DNA of 64,000 bases from a virus (taxonomy: Duplodnaviria; Caudoviricetes), in the IMG/VR virus record IMGVR_UViG_3300042474_001076, positions 1-64,000 of that record. One strand, written 5' to 3'. How positions within the stretch are numbered: the first letter of the stretch is position 1; every line of letters starts with the position of its first letter. The notes under the pieces are model-generated. The model did no database searches. It was not told the DNA's origin and saw nothing but the letters and a program-made list of their open reading frames with translations. Positions 1-10,318 of this stretch are shown here, piece after piece. A program made the position numbers and the translations under genes.

Positions 1-576
1 ACAATAGAAGGTTTACCTGAAAAATATGTTTTAATTCATCCCGTACAAAATTGGGACTCAAGAACTTGGGATGCAAAGAAATGGCAAATGTTAACCAAAC
101 TATTAAACGAAAGAGGTATTGCCGTTGTGTCTATTGGTAAAGATTCGTCTGAACTTGGTGGGTCTAATGTGGATAAACCAGTATTTAATTTCAAAATTGA
201 TTTAGGATTAAACTTAATGAATAATACAGATATGGATCAGGCTTGGTACCTCATCCAAAATAGTATGTGTTTTATTACGATGGATTCGGGTCTATTACAT
301 TTAGCAGGAACAACCGACGCAGAGATAATTCAATTAGGTAGCTCAATAAATCCTGAGTTTAGATCACCATATAGAAAAGGTTCACAAGAATATAAATACC
401 ATTATGTGGTTGGTGGTTGTGGTTTGAATTGTGCTTCCGACATGAGGTATGGTGTTAGAGAATGGCAATCAATACAAGGTATACCGTCACTCGTTAATTG
501 TTTGGAAAGAAAAGAAACATTTGAGTGTCACCCAACAATATTTTCGGTTTATAATAAAGTGTTAGAAATAGTGTAG
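1..576 (+). CDS. Glycosyltransferase, GT9 (heptosyltransferase-like) family, 5'-truncated by the window
   Basis: Frame is open from base 1 (TIEGLPEKYVLIHPVQNWDSRTWDAKKW...). It carries GT9-type motifs YVLIHP...RTW and FITMDSGLLHLAGT, plus a C-terminal Cys cluster. Confidence 0.75.
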   Translation, partial: TIEGLPEKYVLIHPVQNWDSRTWDAKKWQMLTKLLNERGIAVVSIGKDSSELGGSNVDKPVFNFKIDLGLNLMNNTDMDQAWYLIQNSMCFITMDSGLLHLAGTTDAEIIQLGSSINPEFRSPYRKGSQEYKYHYVVGGCGLNCASDMRYGVREWQSIQGIPSLVNCLERKETFECHPTIFSVYNKVLEIV

Positions 577-583
577 TTAATGA

Positions 584-590
584 TATTTAT
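584..590 (+). promoter_or_regulatory. TATTTAT putative late promoter element
   Basis: The motif lies 15 nt before the ATG at 606 and recurs before most structural genes. Confidence 0.55.
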
Positions 591-605
591 TGTTAAACAA
601 CAATA

Positions 606-1601
606 ATGGCAACAACAAGACCTTTTTCGTATAACACAGGATCACCAATATCAGGAACAACCCAAGTTGGAAATTTAGCAGTCGGTACCCCCGTATCTGG
701 ATTCACAGGAATGGAGTGGTGGAACGGACCCGATGAAGATTTAGGTTATGTAATTGCACAACCTGTTAGTGGGGATACTCAACCAACTCCTATTTCAGAT
801 GTAACGGCTTCAGTTGGATTCTTTAGAACTAGTGGGTTTAATGATAATGAATTTATTGATATTGCAAATATACTTTTAAATGAAACCTATAATAATGTGT
901 TAGACGCATCGACAGAATTAACTTATAACGGATATTGGAATTCATATGTTGAAAAAGGTGGGAATGGTTTAACTCCTGAAACTGCTGGAGATAACGCTTT
1001 TCAAATAAAAACGGATTACTCTGGATCAACTGATGGATTATATTGGATTAAAAATGATAATATTAGTGGTGGAACACCATTCCAAATATACGCAGATATG
1101 ACAACAAATGGAGGCGGATGGACATTATTACTTACAAATCAAAACACCGCTAAATGGACATATTCAAACTCCATATTATTAAATGAATTTAACCCTGTTA
1201 TAAGTGGTTCAAACTATTCCATAGTTGCTTATGGTGATTATTTAAAAAGTTCAGGTGGGACATTCCAATATATGATAGATGCTTATCAAAGAACAAGATT
1301 TGGTGGTATATGGTCAGCATCTAATGAATATACATTCCTTAAAACAGATAACACACAAACAAAAATTGACCTTGATATTAAATTTGGTACTTGGAATTAT
1401 AATGATGCTAGTATTGAACAACGTATGCCTTGGCGTAGTATTAGTAGTGGTTTATTAACCACATCAGTAAGTCCTGGTGGTGAATGGTGGGGAACTTTAG
1501 TTACTAATGGTGGTTGGACCCCAGCACCTTGGATTAATGCCGATTGTGGTGATCAAGGGTGTATGCCTAATCCAGGAATTATATGGTATTGGGTAAGATA
1601 A
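606..1601 (+). CDS. Putative virion protein: shared N-terminal domain plus fibrinogen-like (FReD-type) C-terminal domain
   Basis: The N-terminal ~115 aa are paralogous to the next gene. The C-terminus has the GLYWI...IYADMTTNGGGWTLL fibrinogen-like signature. Confidence 0.6.
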   Translation: MATTRPFSYNTGSPISGTTQVGNLAVGTPVSGFTGMEWWNGPDEDLGYVIAQPVSGDTQPTPISDVTASVGFFRTSGFNDNEFIDIANILLNETYNNVLDASTELTYNGYWNSYVEKGGNGLTPETAGDNAFQIKTDYSGSTDGLYWIKNDNISGGTPFQIYADMTTNGGGWTLLLTNQNTAKWTYSNSILLNEFNPVISGSNYSIVAYGDYLKSSGGTFQYMIDAYQRTRFGGIWSASNEYTFLKTDNTQTKIDLDIKFGTWNYNDASIEQRMPWRSISSGLLTTSVSPGGEWWGTLVTNGGWTPAPWINADCGDQGCMPNPGIIWYWVR

Positions 1602-1618
1602 AATATAATTAAATTAGT

Positions 1619-2722
1619 ATGGCAACATCAAGACCTTTCGCATATAACACAGGATCAACGATATTAGGAACAACACAAATTGGTTCATTATCTGTTGGCA
1701 TTCCAACATCTGGATTTACTGGAAACCCCAAATGGTGGAACGGACCTGATGAGGATTTAGGATATGTTATTTGTAGACCAAACACTAATGGAAATCAACC
1801 AAATCCTGGTGGTTTACCCGCCTTCATAAGATTCTCAAGGTCAAAATTAAAAACAGACCAATCATTTATTAATTTAGTTAATTCTGTATTTAAACAAACA
1901 TTTACAACGACCACTGAGTGTACATCGTATTTAACAACAAATAATTATTGGACTTCTTTTGTTGGTGGTGGTGGTGGTTTTGTACCTGGAGATTTTACTT
2001 TTACAGATGGCACTGTTTTGTACACGACAAATACAGTTACATTCACTAAAACTGGAACAATATGTTTAGAAGGTGTTTGGGTTAGTGGTCTCTATGTTAT
2101 AAAAATAACTGGAGGTTATAATACATCTCCAGATGTTTGGAATATAAATTGGTATCAAACTGCGGCTGAAGCATTATTGTATAAGCAAACACAGTCTTAT
2201 TTAAATAGATCTGGATCCTTATCAAAAAATAATCCCGGCGGTGAATCATTTATTTATGCAGTTATAGATGTTACTATAGGAAGCACTCTAAAATTTGAGT
2301 TATCTCGAACCGATTTACCACCACAGAATGCTGCGTCAGGTGTTTTAAATATATATAATAGTTCATTTAGTGGAACACTTGTAGATACAATAACAGTTAC
2401 ACAAGTAAGTGCGTGTTATCTTACTACAACAATGGTTCAATATAAAGGATTGTTAGATGATGGTCCTGAATTAACGGCAATGAGACAATTGCGTGAGCAT
2501 TACAGAGGTGATGAATACTATGAAAATGGACTTATAGAATATTATACAAATTCTGAAGCTATTATTAATGGTATTAATGCTAGTGAAGATCCATCTATTG
2601 ATTATGAATTTATATACCAAAGTGTTTTAAAAGTTAAAAATTATGTTGATCAGTCTATGTGGAAAGAAGCAATAGATGAATATATAGACACCTATTTTAT
2701 TTTAAAAAACAGATATATTTAA
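1619..2722 (+). CDS. Putative virion protein: shared N-terminal domain plus CFI-box-CTERM-like C-terminal domain
   Basis: MATSRPFAYNTG...WWNGPDEDLGYVI is shared with 606..1601. The C-terminal ACYLTT...DDGPELTAMRQLREHY resembles the CFI-box pattern CFIATA...ELxxLRxFRD. Confidence 0.55.
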   Translation: MATSRPFAYNTGSTILGTTQIGSLSVGIPTSGFTGNPKWWNGPDEDLGYVICRPNTNGNQPNPGGLPAFIRFSRSKLKTDQSFINLVNSVFKQTFTTTTECTSYLTTNNYWTSFVGGGGGFVPGDFTFTDGTVLYTTNTVTFTKTGTICLEGVWVSGLYVIKITGGYNTSPDVWNINWYQTAAEALLYKQTQSYLNRSGSLSKNNPGGESFIYAVIDVTIGSTLKFELSRTDLPPQNAASGVLNIYNSSFSGTLVDTITVTQVSACYLTTTMVQYKGLLDDGPELTAMRQLREHYRGDEYYENGLIEYYTNSEAIINGINASEDPSIDYEFIYQSVLKVKNYVDQSMWKEAIDEYIDTYFILKNRYI

Positions 2723-2746
2723 TTATAACCACAATTAAAACATATT

Positions 2747-2878
2747 ATAAAAAAATTAATTAAAAATATCTTAAATGAGTATTCGGAAGATAATAAAGAT
2801 TTATATTACACTATTGTACATACTGATTTTACAAGTTTAGGTGATGGTTCTTTTGATAATATGAGATTTGGTTTATAA
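2747..2878 (+). pseudogene. Possible degenerate small ORF lacking an ATG (IKKLIKNILNEYSEDNK...FGL*)
   Basis: A 43-codon open frame starts at ATA and begins with a KKLIKNILxE-type leader like other small genes here. Confidence 0.3.
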
Positions 2879-2951
2879 TGATATATTTACAGTAATCTAA
2901 ACTTACCTATTAATTAAATATAAAAATCTATATTTATATTAAAAGAATTTA

Positions 2952-4571
2952 ATGCCACAAGTAGTTAATATACTTACCTCAACAGGTATACCACCATATG
3001 ATATTTATGTTTGTGATATAACAAATACGTTTTGTTATTTAGTCACAAGTTCTGTATCATTACCTTTTACATTTACAGTGCCACCTCCATTGGATACATC
3101 AACTTCAGTTATTATTAAACTAATTGATTCGACGGGTTGTGAATTTTTTGAATTATATCAATGTCCCGTAACTCCAACCCCAACGGTAACACTAACACAG
3201 ACACCTACATCAACAGTTGTAAATCCATGTAACTGTATTGACGTTGTTAATTTTACGTCATCCGTTGTCGGGTATTTTGATTATGTGGATTGTAATGGTG
3301 TTCAACAATATTCAATTCCGGTTAATCCTGGATTAACTTATTATGTTTGTGGTAGTAATCCAACAAATGTTATTGGTCTTACTGTAAATACTGGAATCCC
3401 TTGTGTTGGTGGAGGTTGTTTTCCGGTACCATCAGTTACTCCCACCCCAACATTAACTCCAACAAATACAATAACTCCAACAATAACTCCGACTAATACA
3501 ATAACTCCAACTAATACCCCAACTGAAACCCCCACACAAACGCCAACTAATACCCCAACTAATACTCCAACAATAACTCCAACAATAACTCCAACTAATA
3601 CTTCCACACTTACACCAACAATAACTCCAACTAATACTTCCACACTTACACCAACCGTAACCAATACTCCTACACTTACATCAACCGTAACTAATACTCC
3701 TACACCTACACCAACCTCAACAAATCCTCCTCCTACACCTACACCAACCTCAACAAATCCCCCACCTACATTTACACCAACCCCAACTATTACCCCAACA
3801 AATACATTAACACCAACAAATACTATAACCCCAACAAATACTATAACCCCAACCTCAACCGTAACACCAACGGTAACTAATACTCAAACACCAACAAAAA
3901 CTATTACTCCAACCCCAACTGTTACACCAACAAATACATTAACACCAACAAACACATTAACACCAACAAATACATTAACACCAACAAATACATTAACACC
4001 ATCACCAACTACAGATTATAAAACATTTTTTGTTAGAACTTGTAATAATTGTGATGGATTATATCCTAGTGATGGATTTATAAGTTTACCATCAATAACT
4101 CTAATTGGTTCATCATTTATTGCAACTAATGGGGGGTGTTATGAGGTTTTAACTCAGATTGCTGGTACAATAACTTTATTTTTAGGTACGTCAAGTTTTT
4201 CTAATTGTGCGGGTTGTATTTCTTCAAATCCTTGCCCAACACCAACACCAACACCAACTCAGACTCAGACCCCAACTCAGACTCAGACCCCAACTAAAAC
4301 AAAAACACCAACTCCAACACCAACAAAAACAACAACCCCAACTAAAACTCCAGGAGTTGTTTATGTTGCAGTGTCTTGTTGTAACCCTTTGGTTCAAAAG
4401 TATGTAATACTACCATCCGCAGTATCTGGTCAAATAGTTTTAGTTAGTGGACAATGTTATCGAGTAGTTAATATATTTAATGGGACTCCATCATTTGTTG
4501 GAACATTATTATCTAGTGGTACAACTTGTGGTAGTTGTATTGCAACATATTTATGTAAATCCGCAGTATAA
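2952..4571 (+). CDS. Cys-rich modular protein with mucin-like Pro/Thr repeats (putative virion fibre or decoration)
   Basis: It has an N-terminal SprB-like module (GIPPY...[10 protein letters not shown]), a ~190 aa PT tract and Cys modules. TATTTAT lies at 2931-2937. Confidence 0.6.
   Translation: MPQVVNILTSTGIPPYDIYVCDITNTFCYLVTSSVSLPFTFTVPPPLDTSTSVIIKLIDSTGCEFFELYQCPVTPTPTVTLTQTPTSTVVNPCNCIDVVNFTSSVVGYFDYVDCNGVQQYSIPVNPGLTYYVCGSNPTNVIGLTVNTGIPCVGGGCFPVPSVTPTPTLTPTNTITPTITPTNTITPTNTPTETPTQTPTNTPTNTPTITPTITPTNTSTLTPTITPTNTSTLTPTVTNTPTLTSTVTNTPTPTPTSTNPPPTPTPTSTNPPPTFTPTPTITPTNTLTPTNTITPTNTITPTSTVTPTVTNTQTPTKTITPTPTVTPTNTLTPTNTLTPTNTLTPTNTLTPSPTTDYKTFFVRTCNNCDGLYPSDGFISLPSITLIGSSFIATNGGCYEVLTQIAGTITLFLGTSSFSNCAGCISSNPCPTPTPTPTQTQTPTQTQTPTKTKTPTPTPTKTTTPTKTPGVVYVAVSCCNPLVQKYVILPSAVSGQIVLVSGQCYRVVNIFNGTPSFVGTLLSSGTTCGSCIATYLCKSAV
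3430..4010 (+). repeat. Coding low-complexity tandem repeats (TPTNT/TPTIT/PTVT)
   Basis: Degenerate 6/12/18-nt ACACCA/ACTCCA-based repeats. Confidence 0.9.
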
Positions 4572-4632
4572 TATAATTAATTTACTATTGTTTTTTTTAT
4601 TTGATGTTTTATTATTAAAATAAAAAAATAAC

Positions 4633-5880
4633 ATGAAAATATTTGTTCAGATAGCCTCGTATAGAGACCCACAATTAGAACCAACAATTAAGAATATGTT
4701 GGAAAACGCAAAACGTCCTAAAAATTTAAGACTTGGGATTTGTAGACAATATAACCCCGACGACCAATTTGATTTGTTAGAAGATTATAGAAAAGACAAA
4801 AGGTTTAGAATTATAGATGTTTTATATACTGAGTCAAAGGGAGTTTGTTGGGCAAGAAACCAAGTTCAACAAGTATATGGTGGTGAAGAATATACACTAC
4901 AAATTGACTCTCATATGAGGTTTGAAAAAGATTGGGACGACACTCTAATTAAAATGATCAAACAACTTCAGAAAAAAGGATTTGATAAACCTTTATTAAC
5001 AGGTTATGTTTCTTCATTTGATCCGGATAACGATCCTGCGGGTAGAGTACAAGAACCTTGGAGAATGGCGTTTGATAGATTTATTCCTGAAGGGGCGGTA
5101 TTCTTTTTACCTGAAACAATTCCCGGATGGCAAGAAATGAAAGAACCTGTAACGGCAAGATTTTATTCTGCTCATTTTGCTTTTACTTTAGGTAAATTTA
5201 GTGAAGAGGTTCAACATGATCCTGAATTTTATTTTCATGGAGAAGAAATTTCAATTGCTGTAAGAGCATATACTCATGGATATGATTTGTTTCATCCCCA
5301 TAAGGTTGTTATTTGGCATGAATATACTCGTAAGGGTAGAACAAAACAATGGGATGACGATAAAGAATGGGGTAAAAAAAATGAATTTGCTCACAAAAAA
5401 AATCGTCAGTTATTTGGTATGGATGGTGAAGAAATTACTTTAGATTTTAGTAAATACGGTTTTGGTACAGAAAGATCATTAAGAGATTATGAAATATATT
5501 CAGGTCTTTTGTTTTCAAAAAGAGCGGTACAACAATATACCTTAGATAAAAATTATCCTCCAAACCCACATATTTTTGAAACAGAAGAAGAATTGATGTC
5601 AAGTTACGCATCAATATTCAAACACTGTATTGATATTGGGTTTACTCAAGTACCTGAGAAAGATTATGAATTTTGGGTGGTTGCCTTTCACAATGAAAAC
5701 GATGAAACCCTTTTTAGGAAAGATGCTGACATCAATGAAATTAATTCAATGATGAATGACCCTGATGGGTATTGTAAAGTATGGAGAGATTTCCAAACAA
5801 CACATAAACCAAAATACTGGGTTGTTTGGCCTTTTAGTACGTCAAAAGGTTGGTGTGAAAGAATAACAGGAAATTTATGA
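4633..5880 (+). CDS. GT60-like polypeptide N-acetylglucosaminyltransferase (PF11397 GlcNAc-type)
   Basis: IFVQIASYRDP, G.CWAR, LQIDSHMRF...WD and YFHGEEI..AVRAYTHGYD are the characteristic Gnt1/GT60 motifs. Confidence 0.85.
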   Translation: MKIFVQIASYRDPQLEPTIKNMLENAKRPKNLRLGICRQYNPDDQFDLLEDYRKDKRFRIIDVLYTESKGVCWARNQVQQVYGGEEYTLQIDSHMRFEKDWDDTLIKMIKQLQKKGFDKPLLTGYVSSFDPDNDPAGRVQEPWRMAFDRFIPEGAVFFLPETIPGWQEMKEPVTARFYSAHFAFTLGKFSEEVQHDPEFYFHGEEISIAVRAYTHGYDLFHPHKVVIWHEYTRKGRTKQWDDDKEWGKKNEFAHKKNRQLFGMDGEEITLDFSKYGFGTERSLRDYEIYSGLLFSKRAVQQYTLDKNYPPNPHIFETEEELMSSYASIFKHCIDIGFTQVPEKDYEFWVVAFHNENDETLFRKDADINEINSMMNDPDGYCKVWRDFQTTHKPKYWVVWPFSTSKGWCERITGNL

Positions 5881-5937
5881 TTTTAATATCATATACTTAA
5901 TATTGATTTAATAATATAAACAAAAAATATAATAAAA

Positions 5938-6309
5938 ATGGAATACCCAATAAGTGAAATTTTAGATAGATATTCAATTGCCGTTTTAAAAAAACAAAGA
6001 TTAGATGCCGATAATGATGTTGAATTAAAAGATTTGTCGGAAGTAATTGAAGATTATAAAATAATTAATTCTCAAGTTATTGAGACTTATATCGATAAAT
6101 TAATTTCTATTAATGGAGAGATATGGGATTTAGAATCTGATATTAGAAAAGGCAAAGAAGGTGAATTAGGATTAGAAGAAGTTGGTAGGAGAGCAATAAG
6201 AATTAGAGAATTCAACAAAATTAGAGTTGGTTATAAAAATATAATCGTTGAAACTTTTGGTGAAGGATATAAAGATGTTAAAATGAATCACGCAAGTTCT
6301 GATGTATAA
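5938..6309 (+). CDS. Small helical protein (DUF6165/DUF4254-like), typical of glycosyltransferase loci
   Basis: SEILDRYSI..LK...INGEIWDLESDIR...N..R..K pattern. Confidence 0.5.
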   Translation: MEYPISEILDRYSIAVLKKQRLDADNDVELKDLSEVIEDYKIINSQVIETYIDKLISINGEIWDLESDIRKGKEGELGLEEVGRRAIRIREFNKIRVGYKNIIVETFGEGYKDVKMNHASSDV

Positions 6310-7888
6310 GATAGTAATTTCCCTAACAACAGTACCCGAACGTTTAAATCAAGATGTTGAGGATGGTTTTAAATTGGTTATGAAATCAATTTGTGAACAA
6401 AATTTCAATAATTATGAAGTACATTTAAATTTACCTTTTACATATAATGTTACGGGTGAAGAATACATAATACCACAATGGTTAGATGACTATCAAGAAT
6501 CATATGACCATTTAAAAATCTTCAGAACGGAAGATATGGGACCACCAACAAAGGTTATTCCAACTATCATTCGTGAAGACAGTAATACGTTATTAATCGT
6601 TGTTGATGATGATTTAGTTTATCATGAAGATATGATCTTAGAACATATAAAATACCATATAGAGTTACCTAATTCTGTTGTACTATATGACGGTAGAAGT
6701 TTAGTGACTCCAAAGTACGGTGATTTAAGGGATTCTTGGGTTTTAAGTGTAAATGAACCATTGGAGGTAAAAGACTTACAACATTATAAATCAGCATCAT
6801 ATTTTGTTAAATATTTTGAAACTGAATTCTTTAGTGATTTTGTGGGTAAAACAAAATCAGATGATGTTTTATTGTCATTTTACTTTAAGTTTAAAAAGAT
6901 AAAAATGTTTGTTGTTCCCTACGTCCCTGATGTTGATAAGTTATCAACGTATGATGATTGGTATAAATTTCAAGGGGTAACAACATTTCCAGTTATTAGA
7001 CATTCAAATAGTGTAACTAATACTGGATGTAATCACCCAACAATGTTAGACGAACAACCAAAATTTTTTATCCCTGAGGAATTTAAAATAATTGAAAATC
7101 CAAATTATAAACCATCGGATAATGTTATTGTTAGTTCTAAACCAAAAATAGTTGATGGGATTGCTAAACCCAATATTCCTGAAATCATCGAAATTAATAA
7201 TATATCCGACTTAGTGTATAAATTAGCCGGCGATTTTAATAAAATAGATAAAAGATTTTGGGACACAACACATCTAAGTGGAGAACAACATAATAATGAA
7301 AGAAGTAAACCGGCACCTTATATTAAAAAAACCTCTGAAATTGCCAAAGTTTTAGGACTTAAAACCGTTGTCGAAATTGGATCAACAAGACATGGTCTTA
7401 CTCCAAAATGTATTAACTATTACTATTTAGGTGATAATCCTTTTGTGTCACCTCCTTGTTGTGCTGACGGTCACGGAGGTATAATGTTTGCGTTAGAAGG
7501 TTTTGATGTTCATTCTGTTGATATTGATAAAAATTGTGTTATTCATGCTGAGTGGTCATTTGGGTCATTAGGTAGAGAAATTCCTAAAAATTTACATTTA
7601 AATATTCCAAAAGACGGTATTGAATTTTTAAAAGAGTTTGATGGAAAAATTGATGTTTTATTTTTAGATGGTTGGGATGTCGGAACCGATTTATATAAAG
7701 AAAAACATTTAGAATCATTTGAAGTGTGTAAAGATAAATTATCCGACACCCATTTAATTCTAATTGATGATACCGACTTTATATTAACAAATGAAGGTAA
7801 AGATGCTTTATTATCACCTCATTTAATATCATTAGGGTACATTTTACTTTTTGATGGTAGACAAAAATTATATATAAATAAAATATAA
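6302..7888 (+). CDS. GT-A fold glycosyltransferase fused to a class I SAM methyltransferase
   Basis: N-terminus has ISLTTVPERL, DMGPPTK and VVDDDLVY. C-terminus has VVEIGSTR, SVDID, IDVLFLDG and ILIDD. Confidence 0.7.
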   Translation: MYKIVISLTTVPERLNQDVEDGFKLVMKSICEQNFNNYEVHLNLPFTYNVTGEEYIIPQWLDDYQESYDHLKIFRTEDMGPPTKVIPTIIREDSNTLLIVVDDDLVYHEDMILEHIKYHIELPNSVVLYDGRSLVTPKYGDLRDSWVLSVNEPLEVKDLQHYKSASYFVKYFETEFFSDFVGKTKSDDVLLSFYFKFKKIKMFVVPYVPDVDKLSTYDDWYKFQGVTTFPVIRHSNSVTNTGCNHPTMLDEQPKFFIPEEFKIIENPNYKPSDNVIVSSKPKIVDGIAKPNIPEIIEINNISDLVYKLAGDFNKIDKRFWDTTHLSGEQHNNERSKPAPYIKKTSEIAKVLGLKTVVEIGSTRHGLTPKCINYYYLGDNPFVSPPCCADGHGGIMFALEGFDVHSVDIDKNCVIHAEWSFGSLGREIPKNLHLNIPKDGIEFLKEFDGKIDVLFLDGWDVGTDLYKEKHLESFEVCKDKLSDTHLILIDDTDFILTNEGKDALLSPHLISLGYILLFDGRQKLYINKI

Positions 7889-7889
7889 T

Positions 7890-10280
7890 ATGGAAAATTT
7901 TTTTGATGAGTCATTACACTTTTTAGGTAAAACTAATAATACCATAACCGCATTAAACATTGGTTCAATGGATGGTGTGATGTTTGACGAGATGATTGGG
8001 TATACTAAAATGTACAATTTTAATGTTCTATATGTTGAACCAATACCTTACCTATTTGATAGATTAAAAAGTAATATTGGTGATGTAGGATTATTTGAAA
8101 ATAGTGCAATATCTGATTATGATGGTGAAATTGAAATGATGACAATTGACAAAGAAGTCATTGATAGTGGTTTAATTCACAGTTGTTTTTATGGTATGAG
8201 TGCGGTTTATCCACCTAAAAATGGTTTGGGAAGTGAAGGCGATAGACTTACAGTTGAAAAATATGGTAAGTTGGTTAAGGTTCCATGTATCACATTTGAA
8301 ACCTTAATGGATAAACATAAACTAAATAACTTTGATATTCTTAAAGTTGATGCTGAAGGACATGATTTTAAAATTTTTAAACAAATTGATTTTAAAAAAT
8401 ACACACCAAAGGTTATAAGATTAGAATGGATTAATTTATCTGAACAAGAACAAAGTGAGATAATTGAAATATTCAAAACTAATGATTTTATATATGAAAT
8501 ATCGGGTCAAGATATTGTTGGGTTACCAAAATATTTTTATGATGAAATTTTTTCATCAAGTAAACCAAAAAATAATATTATTAAAAAAACTGTTAATACT
8601 CAAAACAATGTTATTACTATAGTTACGGGACTATGGGATATAGGTAGAGGAGAACTCCAAGAAGGGTGGTCTCGATCATACCAACATTATTTAGATAAGT
8701 TTCAACAATTATTACAAGTTGACGTAAATATGATAATTTTTGGGGACGAAGAATTAGAAAAATTTGTATTAGATAATAGACGTGATGAAAATACTCAATT
8801 TGTTCGTAGGGATTTATCATGGTTTAAGAATAATGAATTCTACGATAAAATTCAAAAAATTAGAACCAATCCTGATTGGTATAATCAAGTTGGTTGGTTA
8901 ACAGATTCGACACAAGCTAAACTAGAGATGTATAATCCTTTAGTTATGTCTAAAATTTATCTTTTACACGACGCAAAAATTTTAGATAAGTTTAATTCAG
9001 AATATATGTTTTGGGTTGACGCCGGATTAACTAACACAATACATCCAGGATATTTTACACATGATAAAGTTTTAGATAAATTACCCCAATTAGTTAATAA
9101 TTTTCACTTTGTTTGTTTTCCATATGAAACCAATAGTGAAATACACGGATTCAAATATCAAGAGTTGTGTGATTTAGTTGGTAAACCTGTTAATATGGTT
9201 GCTCGAGCTGGTTTCTTTGGCGGAAAAAAAGACGCAATAACAGAAATTAATAGTATCTATTATGGGTTAATGAATGACACATTATCACAAGGGTTAATGG
9301 GAACCGAAGAGTCATTATTTACAATTATGACATACAAGTATCCAAACTTAATTACTTATTCAGAAATAGAAGGTAATGGGTTAATGGGTAGATTCTTTGA
9401 GGATTTAAAAAATACGACTGTTGAGGTTAAATCGGAAGTATCAAAAGATGTTGTTGTAAATAATTTGGACACATCAAAGGTTGGTCTTTATGTTATCACA
9501 TTTAACTCACCAAAACAATTAGAAGTACTTATCCAATCAATGTTGGATTACGATAAAGATTTTATTGAGAAACCAAAGAAATTCTTATTAGATAATTCAA
9601 CTGATTTATCAACAACACCAAGATATATTGAACTATGTGAACAATATGGTTTTGAACACATTAAAAAAGATAACATTGGGATTGTTGGTGGTAGAGTATT
9701 CGTTGCAGAACATTTTGATGAAACTGATTTAGATTTTTATTATTGGTTTGAAGATGACATGTCATTTTACCCTAAAAAAGGTGAGGTATGTCGAAACGGA
9801 TTTTCTCGTTATGTTGATAATTTATATCAGAAATCATTAGAGATAATACAAAAAGAAAATTTTGATTTTCTTAAACTTAATTTTAGTGAATTCTACGGAT
9901 CCAATGATATTCAATTTTCATGGTATAACGTACCACAAGATTTTAGAAAAAATCATTGGCCAAAAAATCCTAAATTACCTACTCAAGGATTAGATTCTAA
10001 TTCACCTAAAACAAAATTTGATGAAATACATATTCACAAAGGATTACCATATATTACGGGTGAAATATTTTTGTGTAATTGGCCAATTGTTTTAACAAAA
10101 AAAGGTAATTATAATTGTTATTTAGAAACAAAATGGGCTCACCCTCATGAACAAGTACTTATGAGTTATTCTTATCAAGAAACAGTAAAAGGAAAAATTA
10201 ATCCTGGATTATTATTATTAACTCCAACGGAGCACCATAGATTTCATCATTATGATGGTTCTTTAAGAAAAGAAAGTTAA
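7890..10280 (+). CDS. Three-domain enzyme: FkbM methyltransferase, HtrL/WlaTC-like glycosyltransferase and GT2-like domain
   Basis: FkbM motifs NIGSMDG, VEP and LKVDAEGHD. HtrL motifs TIVTGLWDIGR, YNPLVMSK and WVDAG. GT2-like motifs VITFNSP and WFEDD. Confidence 0.75.
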   Translation: MENFFDESLHFLGKTNNTITALNIGSMDGVMFDEMIGYTKMYNFNVLYVEPIPYLFDRLKSNIGDVGLFENSAISDYDGEIEMMTIDKEVIDSGLIHSCFYGMSAVYPPKNGLGSEGDRLTVEKYGKLVKVPCITFETLMDKHKLNNFDILKVDAEGHDFKIFKQIDFKKYTPKVIRLEWINLSEQEQSEIIEIFKTNDFIYEISGQDIVGLPKYFYDEIFSSSKPKNNIIKKTVNTQNNVITIVTGLWDIGRGELQEGWSRSYQHYLDKFQQLLQVDVNMIIFGDEELEKFVLDNRRDENTQFVRRDLSWFKNNEFYDKIQKIRTNPDWYNQVGWLTDSTQAKLEMYNPLVMSKIYLLHDAKILDKFNSEYMFWVDAGLTNTIHPGYFTHDKVLDKLPQLVNNFHFVCFPYETNSEIHGFKYQELCDLVGKPVNMVARAGFFGGKKDAITEINSIYYGLMNDTLSQGLMGTEESLFTIMTYKYPNLITYSEIEGNGLMGRFFEDLKNTTVEVKSEVSKDVVVNNLDTSKVGLYVITFNSPKQLEVLIQSMLDYDKDFIEKPKKFLLDNSTDLSTTPRYIELCEQYGFEHIKKDNIGIVGGRVFVAEHFDETDLDFYYWFEDDMSFYPKKGEVCRNGFSRYVDNLYQKSLEIIQKENFDFLKLNFSEFYGSNDIQFSWYNVPQDFRKNHWPKNPKLPTQGLDSNSPKTKFDEIHIHKGLPYITGEIFLCNWPIVLTKKGNYNCYLETKWAHPHEQVLMSYSYQETVKGKINPGLLLLTPTEHHRFHHYDGSLRKES

Positions 10281-10318
10281 TATTTAGTAGTTCAGCATAT
10301 TTATAGTAAAAACTATAA

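Noticed and set aside
606-2722. Diversity-generating retroelement acting on the paralogous genes
   Set aside because: There is no reverse transcriptase in the window, the similarity is N-terminal, and the differences are not restricted to adenines.
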